Shown here: positions 45,155-58,149 of the stretch, in pieces
Position numbering within the stretch: the stretch's first letter is position 1
Layout: every line of letters begins with the position of its first letter
Assembly: GCF_009914755.1 (NCBI RefSeq)
Contig: NC_060933.1
Length of the DNA stretch: 64,000 bases
DNA from: the human T2T-CHM13v2.0 reference genome, Homo sapiens
Strand: one strand, 5' to 3'
Translations under genes and position numbers: made by a program
The notes under the pieces: model-generated
What the model saw: only the letters and a program-made list of their open reading frames with translations
What the model was told of the DNA's origin: nothing
The model's database searches: none

Positions 45155-48100
45155 GGAGCAGAGCAAGATGGCTGAATAGAAGGATGCAGTGATTGCCCCG
45201 TCCCTGTAAGGACACCAATTTAACAACTATCTACACAAAACAATCAAATTTGTATGAATCAAAAATCAAGTGAGCACTTATAGCACCTAGTTTTGACTTC
45301 ACATCACTGAAAAAGGCATTGAAGAGGACAGAAAAGACAGTCTTGAATTGCTAACACCACTCCTCCACTATCTCCTGGCAGCGGACCCATGGCACAGAGA
45401 GAGAATCAGTGCTTTGGGGAGAGGGAGAGTGCAGCAATTGTGAGACACTTCATTGAAACCAGTGCTCCCCTGTCACAGCAGAAAGCAAAATCGGATTGAA
45501 CTCAGCTAATGCTGACTCTAGTCCCTGCTTTCCAGATGGTACCTCTGGGTGCACCAGGAGCCTGGGGTAATTTGCTACCATGAAGGGCAAGACACAAGCT
45601 TGGCTGGCACTGCCACCTACTAAATGTAGAACCTCAGTGCTTTCAGCAAACATAGGTGGTAGCCAGGCAGTGGTTTCAGTGAGCCTTGGATGGGACCCAG
45701 TGCTCTGCTGGCTTCAGGTCTGACATAGGACATACCCAATGATGGTGGCCACAGAAGTGCTTGTGTCACCACTAATCCAGATTCAGGTGGCTTAAAACAA
45801 AGACTTCATTTATTTGGGAGAAAGTCAGGGAAGAGAACAAGAGTCTCTGCCTGGTAATTCAGATATTTCTTCTGGATCTTGTCAAAGACCATCAAGGCAG
45901 TGCCTCTATGAATCTGCACAGCCCAGCATTACGGGGCTTGGGGTGCCCCCTAAAGCAGACTTAGATGACAACACCCAAGTCCTTTTGAATACCTAAAAAG
46001 CCTTCTCAAGAAGGATGGATAAAAACAAGCTCAGAATGAGAAGACTACAATAAATACCTAACTCTTCAATGGTCAGTCACAGACGAACACTCATAAGTAC
46101 CAAGACTATCCAGGAAAATATGACCTCAGCAAATGAAATAAATGAGGTACCAGGGACCAATCTTGGTGAAACAGAGATATGTGACATTTTAGATAGATAA
46201 TTTAAAATAGCTATTTTAAGGAAACTAAAAGAAATTCAAGATTACACAGAGAAGGAATTCAGAATTATACCAGAAAAATTTAACAATGTCATTGAAATAA
46301 GGTTTTAAAATCAAGCAAAAATTCTGGAGTTGAAAAATGCAATCAGCATACTGAAGAATGCATCAAAGTCCTTTAATAGCAGAATTGATCAAGCAAAAGA
46401 AGGAATTAGCGAGCTTGAAGACAGGCTATAGGGGAATACACAGTTGGAGGAGACAAAAGAAATAAGAATAAAAAAAAATGAAGCAAGCTCTAGAAACTGA
46501 AATGATCTAAAAAATAGCATAAAATGGGCAAATGTAAAAGTTATTGGCCCTAAAGAACAGGTAGAGAAAGAGGTAGGTGTCGAAAAACCGTTGAAAGGGG
46601 TAATAACAGAGAGCTTCCAAAACCTAGAGAAAGATATCAATATCCATGTATAGGAAGGTTATAGAACACTAAGCAGATAACCCCCAAAAAGTACCTCAAG
46701 GCATTTAATAATTAAATTCCCAAAGGTCAAGGATAAAGAAAGGATCCTAAAAGCAGCAAGACAAAAGAAACAAATAACACAAAGGAGCTCCAATACATCT
46801 GGCATCAGATTTTCAGTGGAAATCTTATAGGCCAAAAGAGAGGTTCATGACATATTTAAAGTGCTAAAAGAAAAGAAAACTTTTACCCTAGAAGAGATCC
46901 AGTAAAAATATCCTCCAAACATGAAGCAGAAATAAAGACTTGCCCAGAAAAATAAGAAAAAAAAAAACAACCTGAGGGATTTCATCAACACCAGACCAGT
47001 CCTACAAGAAATGCTGAAGGGAGTATTCCAATCAGAAAGAAAAGGACATTAATGAGTAATAAGTAATCACTTGAAGGTACAAAATTCACTGGTAATAGTA
47101 ACTACATTGAAAACCATAAAATATTACAACACTGTAATTGTGGTATAAAAATAAATAATTAACAAATAAAAAATAATAACTACAACATTTTAAGACATAC
47201 ACAGTGCAATAAAACATAAAGAGAAACAACAGAATGTTTAAAAGTAGGGCGAAGAAGTTATGGCGTAGAGTTTTTGTTAGTTTTATTTTTCTTTATTTGT
47301 TTCTGCAATTAGTGTTACGTAGTCATCAGTTTAAAACAATGAGTTATAAGATAGTACTTGCAAGCCTTATGGTAACCTCAAATTGAAACACATACAACAA
47401 ATATCCAAAAAATTAAATCATACCACCAGAGAAAATAACTTTCAAAAAAATGAAGACAGAAAGGAATCAAAGAAGGAAGACAAAACCACGAGAAAATAAA
47501 TAACAAAATGGCAGGAGTAAGTCCTTACTTATCAGTGATAATATTAAATGTAAATGAACTAAACTGTGTCAAAAGACACAGACTGACTGAATGATTGAAA
47601 AAACAAGACCCACAAACTCTTGCCTACAAGAAACACATTTCAACTATAAAGATAACACATAGACTGAAAATAAAGGGATGGAAAAAGATATTCCATGCAA
47701 AAAGAAACAAAAAAGAATAGGAATATTTATATCAGACAAAATATATTTTAACAAAAAAACTGAAAGAAGGAATAAAGTCTGATAAAGAGGTCTATTCAGC
47801 AAGATGTAGTAATGATTGTAAATATATATGCAACCAACAGTACAACACTCAGATATATAAGATAAATATTATTAGAACTAAAGACAGACATAGACTCCAA
47901 TACAATAATGGCTGGAGATTTCAACACCCACTTTCAGCATTGGACAGATCTTCCAGACAGAAATCAACAAAGAAATACCAGACTTAATCTGCACTATAGA
48001 ACAAATGGATCTAATATATATTTACAGGACAGTTCATCCAATGGCTGCAGAACACACATTCTTCTCCTTAGCAAATGAATCACTGTCAAGGATAGACCAT

Positions 48101-50842
48101 ATGCCAGGTCACAAAACAAGTCTTAAAACATAAAACAAATTAACGTAATACCAAACATCTTGTCTGACCACATTGGAATAAAACTAGAAATCAATAACAA
48201 GAGGAATTGTGGAAACCATACCAACACATGGAAATTAAACAGTATGCGCCTGAATGACCAGTGGGTCAATGAAGAAATTAAAAATAAAAGATAGTAGAAA
48301 TCCAACATATCAAAAGCTATGGGATACAGTCAACAGAATACTAAGATGGAAATTTGTAGTTATAAGTGTCTGCATCAAAATGAAAAAAAAACTTCAAATA
48401 AATTACCTAATGATGGATCTTAAGGAACTAGAAAAGAGAAAACAACCCCCAAATTAGTATAAGAAAAGAAATAATAAGGATCAGAGCAGAAATAAATGAA
48501 TTTGAAATAAAAAAATACAAACTATCAATAAAACAGAAATTTAGTTTTTTGAAAAATTAAACAAAATTGACAAATCTCTAGCAAGACTAATGAAGAAAAT
48601 AAGGGAGAAGTCTCAAATAAAATCAGAGATAAAAAAGAAGACATTACAACTGATACTGCAGAAATTCAAAGGATCATTCATGGCTACTATGAGCAATCAT
48701 ATGCCAATAAATTGGAAAATCTATAAAAAATAGATAAATTCCTAGACACTTATAACATACCAACATTGAACCACGAAAAAATCCAAAACCTGAAAAGACA
48801 AACAAGTAACGAATTCGAAGCTGTAATAAAAAGTTTCCCAGTAAAGTAAAGCCAGGGACCTGGTGGCTTCACTGCTGAATTCTACCAAACACGTAAAGAA
48901 AAACTAATACCAATCCTACTCAAACTACTCCAAAAAATAGAGGAAGAAGGAATACTTTCAAACTCATTCTAAGAGACCAGTATTACCCTGATACCAAAAC
49001 CAGACAAAGACACATCGAAAAAAACAAAACTATAGGCCAATATCACTAATGAATATTCATGAAAAATTCCTCAATAAAATACTAGCAAGCCAAAGTTGGC
49101 AATACATTAAAAGGATTATTCATTATGATCAGGTGTGATTTATTCCAGAGATGCAAATGTTGTTCAACATATGCAAATCAATCAATGTAGTACAACATAA
49201 TGACAAAATGAAGGACAAAACCATATGCTCTTTTCAATCGATCTTAAAAAAGCATTTGATAAATCAACATTCTTTCATGATAAAAACCTTTAAAAATATT
49301 GGTATAGAAGGAACATACCTCAACATAACATAAGCCATATGAAACAGACTCATAGCTAGTATCATACTGAATGAGAAAAAAATGAAAGCCTTACCTCTAA
49401 CTTCTGGGACACAACAAGGATACCTACTTTTCCCGTCATTGTTCAGCATGGTACTGGAAGTCCTAGCTATAGCAATCAGACAAGAGAAAGAAAAAAGGGT
49501 CATCCAAATTGAGAGGGAAGAAGTCAAATTATTCTTGTTTGCAGATTATATGATCTTATATTTGTAAAACCATAAATACTTCACAAAATAAGTATTACAA
49601 CTGAAAAACAAATTTAGTAAAATTGCAGGATACATAATCAACATACAAAAATCAGTAGCATCTGTATGTGCCAATAGTGAACAAATTGAAAAATATATCA
49701 AGAAAACAATGCCATTTACAATAGCTACAAATAAAATAAAATACTTAGGAATTAACTTATCCAAAAAGTGAAAGATCTCTACAATGAAAACTATAAAACA
49801 GTGATGAAAGAAATTAAAGAGCATACCAAAATATGAAATGATATTTCATGTTTATGGATTGGAAAAACTAATACTGTAAAAATGCCCATACTACCCAAAG
49901 CAATATATAGACTTAAGGTAGTCACTATCAAAAATGAGCTTCTTCATGGAAATGAAAAAAAAAATTCCTAACATTTTTATGGAACCATAATTTTAAAAGA
50001 CTCAGAATAGCTAAAATTATCCTAAGCAAAGAGAACAAAACTGGAGGAATCACATTACCAAACTTCAAATTTTATTACAGCGTTATACTGGCCAAAACAG
50101 CATGGTAGTGGCATAATAACAGACACATCAATAGTGGAACAGAATAGAGAAGTCAGAGATAAAGTCATACATTTACAGTGAACTCATTTTTAACAAAGGG
50201 GCCAAGAACATACATCAGGGAAAGGACAGTCTCTTCAATAAATGGTGCTGGGGAAACTGGAAATTAATATGCGAAGGAAAGAAACTAGACCTCTATTTTC
50301 CATCATATACAAAAATCAAATCAAAATGGATTGAAGACTTAAAGCTAAGTTCTCAAACTATGAAACTAATAAAGAAAACATTGGGGAAGCTCTCCAGGAC
50401 ATTGGACTGGGCAAAGATTTTTTTGAGTAACACCCCACAAATACAGGCAACCAAAGCAAAAATGGACCAATGGGATCACATCAAGTTAAAATGTTTCTGC
50501 ACAGAAAAGGAAACATCAACAAAGTGAAGAAAAAGCCCACAGAATGGGAGAAAATATTGGCAAACTACCCATCTGACAAGGGATTAATAATCAGAATATA
50601 TAAGGAGCTTAAACAACTCAATAAGAAAAAAAACCTAATAAACTGATTTAAAAATGCATAAAAGATCTGAACAGACATTTCTCAAAAGAAGACATACAAA
50701 TGGGAAACTGGTATATAAAAAGGTGCTCAGCGTCATTGATCAGAGAAATGCAAATCAAAACTACAATGAGATATCATCTCACCCCAGTTATGAAATGGCT
50801 TATATCCAAAAGACAGGCAATAAATGCTGGAGAGGATGTGGT
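45155..50842 (+). mobile_element. Long L1M1/L1MA-type LINE (5' UTR, ORF1, ORF2; 3' UTR absent), heavily disrupted
   Basis: 5' end 'ggagcagagcaagatggctgaatagaag', ORF1 relics, and ORF2 fragments such as [31 protein letters not shown] and [13 protein letters not shown]. Confidence 0.9.
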
Positions 50843-50991
50843 TGGTAGGCTATTCATTACTGCCTCAATTCAGAACTTGTTGCTGGTCTATTTAGGGATT
50901 TGACTTCTTCCTGATTTAGGCTTGGGAGGGTGTGTGTGTCCAGGAATTTATAAATTTCTTCTAGATTTTCTACTTTATCTACCTAGAGGTG
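50843..50991 (-). mobile_element. Antisense L1PA ORF2 fragment
   Basis: 'ggtaggctatt..cttcttcctgatttag..ttgggagggtgtgtgtgtccaggaattt..ttcttctagattttcta'. Confidence 0.8.
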
Positions 50992-51506
50992 ACAGTAGCT
51001 GTGTGGAAAAAATGGTAAGACAAGGAGAAGCTAGAGACAGCTGTGACAGATTGGACTGTAGTTAATTGACAATAGAAGAATGAAAATATGGGTCATAGAA
51101 TGAAAAAGTAACAGAAAAATATTAAGAAAAGTAGTAAGAAAATGGTCAGATATATTTGGCAATAATTTGTCATAATATAGTGCATTACACCAGACTACTT
51201 TATCAAAATTGGAAACACCTTAACAGTTGAATGGTTTCAGTAGTCAATAGGCTTCTTAGTCCAAAGTGAAAACTTGCCTTGGCTACTTTACCTGAGTAAC
51301 CTAAAATATAAGGTGTATATTCGTAATTAAAGGTTAAAATCTAACTCTAGTTTCATCCATTGTCATTATTTTATTTGAGAGACCTATGGGTGGTTGTATT
51401 AGAGATTAAAATTTTTTGACATTTAAATTGATTTCAAAAGTAAGAAAATGAAATTGTCAAGCTTGTTTGGACACATTATATGCCTGTTAAGAGATATGTA
51501 GGGTAA

Positions 51507-51822
51507 GGTCAGTTGTGTTAGCTCTTGGCTGTAATCTCAGCACGTTGAGAGGCTGAAGTGGGAGGATTGTTTGAGGCCAGGAATTAGAGACCAGCCTGGA
51601 CAGCATAGCAAGACTGTCTCTACAAAAAATAAATAATAAAAAAAAAAAGTTAGCTGAGAGTAGTGGTGCACACTTATAGTCCCAGCTACCTGGGAAGCTG
51701 AGGTGGGAGCATCACTTGAGCCCAAGAGTTCAAGGTTACAGCAAACTATGATTGTACCACTGCACTCCAGCCTAGATGACAGAGCAAAATTTGTCTCTAA
51801 AAAAAAGAAGAAGAAAGAAAAG
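51507..51822 (+). mobile_element. AluJ SINE
   Basis: 'gggaggattgtttgaggccagg', 'cacttgagcccaagagttcaaggttacag'. Confidence 0.92.
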
Positions 51823-53129
51823 GAAGTAAGATGAAACTGAAAAGGCCTGAGTAAAGGCTTTTAATCAAAATGTCCTGAGATTAAGGGAGACTTTTAATTG
51901 CTTTTTTGTATGCATGCTTGTGTGTTTTCAGCAATAAAAATGTAAAATTTAGTTTGCATTTATTGATATACACAGACTGCATAGTTTATTAGTTTCTAGC
52001 TTTTCTAAATTGCTGGGGAGGCTTACATGTGTGATCTTGCAAGGGATGTGCTGAAAACTGAAAAGAAATAATCAAGGAATATTATTTAGCCCAGTAGGCA
52101 AGAACATAGGACACATGCACAAGACTGAAGCATTGAGCGTTTACACTAAACAAATTCTCAAGTCCCTTTTAAACCTGAAAGTCTATAATTCGTTTGTGTC
52201 AGAAGCAATATTTGTCTTTTAATACACTAACCAAGTGTTGAATTTTTTTTCATTCTAAGTGGCTTGCATCTAGGGCTGAGTGAATCCAGTTGGAAGGACC
52301 TATTTGTTTCAATATTGTATCATGAACTGGGCCTAATCAGGCTCTTAATCTAGTGATAAGTGAGAAACCTTTATTCAATGGACTATAACTGGGCTCAGAT
52401 TAATTTTGGTTAGTATTTTTCCCATAAGACATAGGTAGCACCTTCATAATCTCAATTGATGATGCTTATTGGGCAACTAATTTAAGCACTGTATTGATCT
52501 TTATACTAATGTGCCCTAAAAAGGGAAACTTATGTGCGTTCAATAATGAATAATAAAGCAGACTCCTTCTAATGCATTATTTCCTAGTGAACAAGGTGAC
52601 TCAGGTATTACTGAATAGCGAGTAAAGAAACATAATAAATACAGAGTTTGGGGAAGTAAAATGAATTAAAGGCATAACACTGCTTTTCTCACTAAGAATT
52701 ATGTTATTATTTTATTTTTAGAGAAAACCAAATGGAATAAAATATAAAAAATAAATACTTGTAAATAAATTCATTAACTTTTCTTAGCAAGCCATAGGAA
52801 ATGACAAAAATACGATTTATTGAGAATATTTTTCCAAGTGAATGTGGATTCCCAGTTTTTAAACTAAAATTTATACATAAAACCTTAAAGGTAGCACATT
52901 CTCATCTAAAGATACTTGTATTGCTTTTGTACAGGTGACATGTAAATCATAAAGATTGTTTACTATAAAGTTGATATCCTATCCCTTTAAATCTGTTCAA
53001 CCTCTTGTCACTCACCCTGTGCTTTCAAAGAATAACATAAATGAAATTATGTCCATTAACTTGAGAACAATCAAGAAAGTATAACAAAAGACCATGACAC
53101 AGGTAAGTAGAAGGCTGAAGGTTTAGTGA

Positions 53130-53270
53130 GAAGTGAGTTTTGTCTCGATTTGGGTTCATATGTAAAGACCATTACTTAGTAATCAGCTGTGTGACCATGG
53201 ACAATTTCCTGTTCGTCTGCAAAATGAATATTGTAAATTAGATCTTTTCAAAGTTCCCTTCTAGTTTTAA
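53130..53270 (+). mobile_element. MIR fragment
   Basis: 'tgggttcata..ccattactt..gctgtgtgaccatggacaa..tctgcaaaatg'. Confidence 0.55.
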
Positions 53271-53734
53271 TGTTACATGAAATAATTTTGTCATAAAATT
53301 GTAGAAGACAGATCAAATTCATTGTGTTAAATTCTACACTTCTGCCTTTAAGTCACTTTTTGTACCCAAACGTTGACCACTTCTTATTTCACTTAATAAA
53401 TATCTGCCATAACTGTACCTTCTTCTCTGTCTTTCTCTCATTCCATCACCTTAGATTATGGTTAACTTCTCTCCAGCTGAACTGGCTATCTTTAGTTTGA
53501 GCTGCTGTAAATGATAAAAACTATAGTTTCTAAGATCATGTATATAAAATGGAAATCGCTTTAGATTTCTGATGTTAGCAAGTTTGTGTTTGAGCCACAA
53601 TCTATTTATAGGTAGAAATTGGGTTATTTTATTTCATTCTGATCCAGGATTGTTTTTTAGGTCAAATCAGATATTGTCCCATTCAAAGCCTATCTGTAAG
53701 CCTAAGTAGCAGTTACGGCCAATTGTAGTTCTAA

Positions 53735-54420
53735 AGCTGTTGAGGGTAAGGGAGGAACGAACAGGCAAAGCATAGGGGATTTTTAGGGCTGTGAAACTCC
53801 TCTGCTGGAATCTATTAAAATAATGATGGATATATGTCCTTATACCTTATACATTACCCTTACCTAAATCTTAGCAACCACTCATCCTTTTACTATTTCC
53901 ACAGTTTTGCCTTTCCCAGAATGTCATATAGTTAGAGTTATACAGTATCTAGCATCCTCAGATTGGCATTTATCACTTAGTAATATACATTTATATTTTC
54001 TTCTTGTCTTTTCATGGCTTGATAGCCACTTCTTTTCAACAATACATTCTATTGTGTGGATATACTGTAATTTATTTACCCATTTGCCTACTGAAGGAAA
54101 CCTTGCATATTTCCAAGTTTTTGTCAATTAAGAATAAAGCTGCTATAAGCATCCATGTGCAGGTTTTCAGGTGGACATATGTTTTCAACAAATCTGGGAA
54201 GATATTGAGGGGCATAATTGCCATATGTTTAGTTTTGTAAGCAACTGCTAAACTAACTTTCAAAGTGGCTGTTCCATTTTGTATTCTTACCAGCAAGGGA
54301 TGAGAATTTTTGTTGTTCCTTATCCCTGCCAGCATTAGGCGTTGTCAGTCTTCCAAACTTTCCCATTCTAATAGACATGTAAGAGTATCTCATTATTGTT
54401 TAAATTTGCATTTCTTAGAT
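53735..54420 (-). mobile_element. L1MC1/2 3' region (antisense 53860-54420, sense 53735-53850)
   Basis: 'cagttttgcctttcccagaatgtcatatagtt..tcatggcttgatagc' antisense and 'ggatttttagggctgtgaaact' sense. Confidence 0.8.
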
Positions 54421-55600
54421 GTACATTTTTCACTTTTGATATTGAGTCTCCTTTCTGCATGTTCAGGAACAGTACAAAAAATCCCAGAACCAATGTATGA
54501 GTGCCAGCATTTGGGACTTTGGGAGGTACAAAGAATTAATAACAAAAACTACCCTTCAAAAATCCTATATTGTCTTTTGTTTTTATCTGGGAAAAAAAAA
54601 TGTCATTTTTTTGGTCCTTGTTCATGGTTGGGTAGTGTAGCACACTTCTCTCTCATATAGGAGCCATGTTGATTTTTAAAATTGATATAATTATAATTAA
54701 GATCATTAAGAAAACTTCTATCATGTGTTGGCTTCATAATATTTGATAAAAAGATTTAGCAATAGGTGATATAGTTATAATGGAGCCTGAAGACTGAATA
54801 CGTCTTGAAAAAGTACAAACTCATATACAGCTTTAAGAAGAGCAAGGCTTCTGATCTCCCAGAAGATAAATTCCAGTGAAAGATATTGCACAGTGGAATT
54901 TACCCTCTAGTCATAATTCTTTCAATGACTCAATAATCATTCATGGGACACATGCTGTGAAAAGCACTCTACTAATTGGTGGGAATAGATAATTAAAAAG
55001 CTATGTTTCTTGCCTTCAGAGATCTCACAGTTGAGTAGACCATGCAAGCTAAGTGCAGTATAGTATACTGATTGTTATTTTAGTGATCTCCTTTACATAT
55101 AAATTGCATATAAAACAAATTTTCAGAAGTCATTTATTTAATCAGAGATTTTGAGGCCAGATTCCATCTGAAGTATTTCTTGCAGTAATTCTGAAAAGTG
55201 TAGATACATTGGGAATATGGGTAATTATAAATCTATATTTTCACTAACGGAAAATGGACCTAAATTACATATAAAAAAGCTTATAGATTTCAAATCATCC
55301 ATTTAAAACTTTAATTGTGAGCCATGTATGTTGCCTAAAAAAACATGCTTACTGTGATGTTTTATTGTCTTTACTGAATTTAAAATATCATCCATTCCAA
55401 CTTGTTCCTCCAAGGATGAACAGTGGAAAGTTCTATTGTTCTGTAAGGTGTGGTAAACTAAATACGCTTATTTCTACAGGAAGATAAGCTGCTTCGCATT
55501 ATAAGCTTTGCAATAAACAAGGACATCTGCTGACAAAAGGCATTTTTCTATAAAAATAAAATTGAAGGAGGTGTCTGCTCCAGATTCGTGAATAAAAGAA

Positions 55601-55798
55601 TTATTCTCTGGAAATCAACTGAAATTTATATTGTTAGAAGTGTTTTTTCAAGGTATTCTCTTTGCTGTTTCCCACGGTTTAAAAAATATTATTATTTTTT
55701 GTTATAATAATATTTTTTAAACCGTGGGAAACAGCAAAGAGAATACCTTGAAAAAACACTTCTAACAATATAAATTTCAGTTGATTTCCAGAGAATAA
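55601..55798. repeat. Perfect inverted repeat: 95-bp arms (55601-55695 / 55704-55798), 8-bp spacer
   Basis: Checked base by base: the right arm is the exact reverse complement of the left arm; spacer tttttgtt. Confidence 0.97.
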
Positions 55799-56075
55799 AC
55801 CAAACACCGCATATTCTCACTCATAGGTGGGAATTGAACAATGAGATCACATGGACACAGGAAGGGGAATATCACACTCTGGGGACTGTGGTGGGATGGG
55901 GGGAGGGGGGAGGGATAGCATTGGGAGATATACCTAATGCTAGATGACGAGTTAGTGGGTGCAGCACACCAGCATGGCACACGTATACATATGTAACTAA
56001 CCTGCACAATGTGCACATGTACCCTAAAACTTAAAGTATAATAAAAATAAATAAATAAATAAAAAATAAATAAAT
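55797..56075 (+). mobile_element. Short 5'-truncated L1PA2 3' end
   Basis: 'aatgctagatgacgagttagtggg' (GAG rather than ACA/ACG) and 'gaatatcacactctggggactgtggtgg'. A-rich tail. TSD aaaaaatatt(att)attttttgttata. Confidence 0.93.
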
Positions 56076-56627
56076 AAAAAATATTATTTTTTGTTATATA
56101 GCAATATGCAGTCTAATAAAATCAATAGTAATTAGTTTAATAAATAGTAAACAGAGAAAGTGATACAATATTATTAGAAAACAGAAAAGCAATTTTTACA
56201 GAATGACTCTATTTTTTGATTATAAACATAATTCATGTATTGTACAAAAATATGAAAATTAAAAATAGCAATCAGAAATAATCTTATGATTCAATCATTT
56301 AAATATGAAATTATTTCAAAATTTTTTGAGCACAGTTTTTAATAAAATCTAAAGCTAAAAATGTTCATGTTATTAAATCAATAAATATTTAGAAATTTAG
56401 CAGCAAATGTGAGATTTTTGAATAAAAAATTATAAACTGCTGGTGGCATTGTAATTCTGAAAACCATTTTTGAAAAACCATATGGAAATATTATAAAGTA
56501 TATAAATATTTATGCCTATTAAATCAGTTATGCTTCCTCTAATAATTTACCATAAATAAATGTTTGTTTTCTTATGTTAAATTCTTAGGAAACACATAAC
56601 TGGGTCAACGGGTATGAATATTTATAC

Positions 56628-56845
56628 ATCATAGTGATTGCAGTTGATAACAATATATTGTATACTTAAAAATAGTTAAGAGAATGGATTTTAAGTATTC
56701 ACATACAAAAAATAAGTATGTGAGGTAATGTTTATGCTAAGTAGTTTGATTTAGCCACTCCTCAATGTATTCATATACCAAAACTTTATGTTTTACACCA
56801 TAAATATACATAAATTTTACTGATCAATTAACATAAATAAAAATG
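56628..56845 (+). mobile_element. L1MA 3' end
   Basis: 'aataagtatgtgaggtaatg..tttgatttagcca..caatgtat..tacaccataaatatac'. Confidence 0.8.
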
Positions 56846-57036
56846 AATTTAAAAATAAAGAAAACATAATTCAACCTAAAGAAAAAGTTATTTGAATGGA
56901 TATTCATTTTAAAATTAAATATAACAACCACAATGTGGAAAATTCCAATGTTAATAAGTATATTATGCTATGGATACTGAGAATCAAAATTATGAATGTT
57001 GTATCAAAACACTAAATTCTAAAAACAAAATATATG

Positions 57037-57332
57037 GGCTGGGCACAGTGGCTCACACCTGTAATCCTGGTCCTTTGGGAGGCTGAGATGGGAGGATGGC
57101 TTGAGCTGAAGAGTTTGAGACCAGCCTGGGCAAAATAATGAGAGACCTTGCCTCTACAAAAAATTAAAAATGTAGCTGGATGTGGCAGCACGTGCCATAG
57201 TCCTAGCTACTTGGGAGGCTGAAACTGCAGGATGGTTTGAACCCAGGAATTTGAGGCTGCAGTCAGCTATAATTGCCCTACTGCACTTCAGCCCCCGGGA
57301 CAGAGTGAGACCCTGTCTCTAAAAATGAAAAA
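57037..57332 (+). mobile_element. AluJ SINE
   Basis: 'gggaggatggcttgagc', 'tttgaggctgcagtcagctat', 'gaccctgtctct'. Confidence 0.92.
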
Positions 57333-58149
57333 TGTCTATTTAGGATATTTGCCCATTTTATAATTTGGTTATTTGCTATTGTTTGAGGTCTTTAAATATT
57401 TTTGCATATTAACCTCTTAGTAGATGTCCGATTTGCAAATATTTTCTCCAGTTCCAATTCTCAACATCACTAACCAAAAGGAAATTTTAAATTAAAACCT
57501 CAATAAAATCACCTCACACCTGTTCAAACAGCTACTACCAAATAGACAAATGAAAAGTGTTGACAATGATGTGGAGAGAGACGATATTAGGCAGATATAA
57601 GACCTTTGCCAGATGCATACTTTGCAAAAATTTTCCTCCAGTCTGTAGATTGTCTGTTTACTCTGTTGATAGTTTCTTTTGCTGTGTAGAGTTTAATTAG
57701 TTTAATTAGATCTCACTTGTCAATTTTTGCTTTTGTTGCAGTTGCTTTTAGCATCTTCATCATTAAATCTTTGCCCTTGCTTATGTCCTAAATGGTATTG
57801 TCTATGTTGTCTTCCAGGGATTTTATAGTTTTGGGTTTTATATTTAAGTCTTTAATTCATCTTGAGTTAATTTTTGTATATGTGTAAGAAATGGGTCACA
57901 TTTTAATCTTTGGGATATGGCTAGCCAGCTATCCCAGAACTATTTATTGAATAGGGAATCCTTTTCCCATTGCTTGTTTCTGTCAGGTTTGTCAAGGATC
58001 AGATAGTTGTAGGTGAGTGGTCTCATTTCTGGGTCCTCTATTCTGTTCCATTGGTCTATGTGTTTGTTTTTGTACCAGTACCACACTGCTTTGGTTACTG
58101 TATCCCTGTAGTATAGTTTTAAGTCAGGTAACATGGCTATTCGGGCTCT
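57333..58149 (-). mobile_element. L1 ORF2 fragments, mostly antisense (short sense piece 57458-57580)
   Basis: Minus-strand [35 protein letters not shown]. Confidence 0.85.

Noticed and set aside
55601-55798. Palindrome as a MITE such as MADE1 or MER53
   Set aside because: No known TIR or TA/8-bp TSD. The right arm lies inside the L1 TSD pair and copies unique flank.
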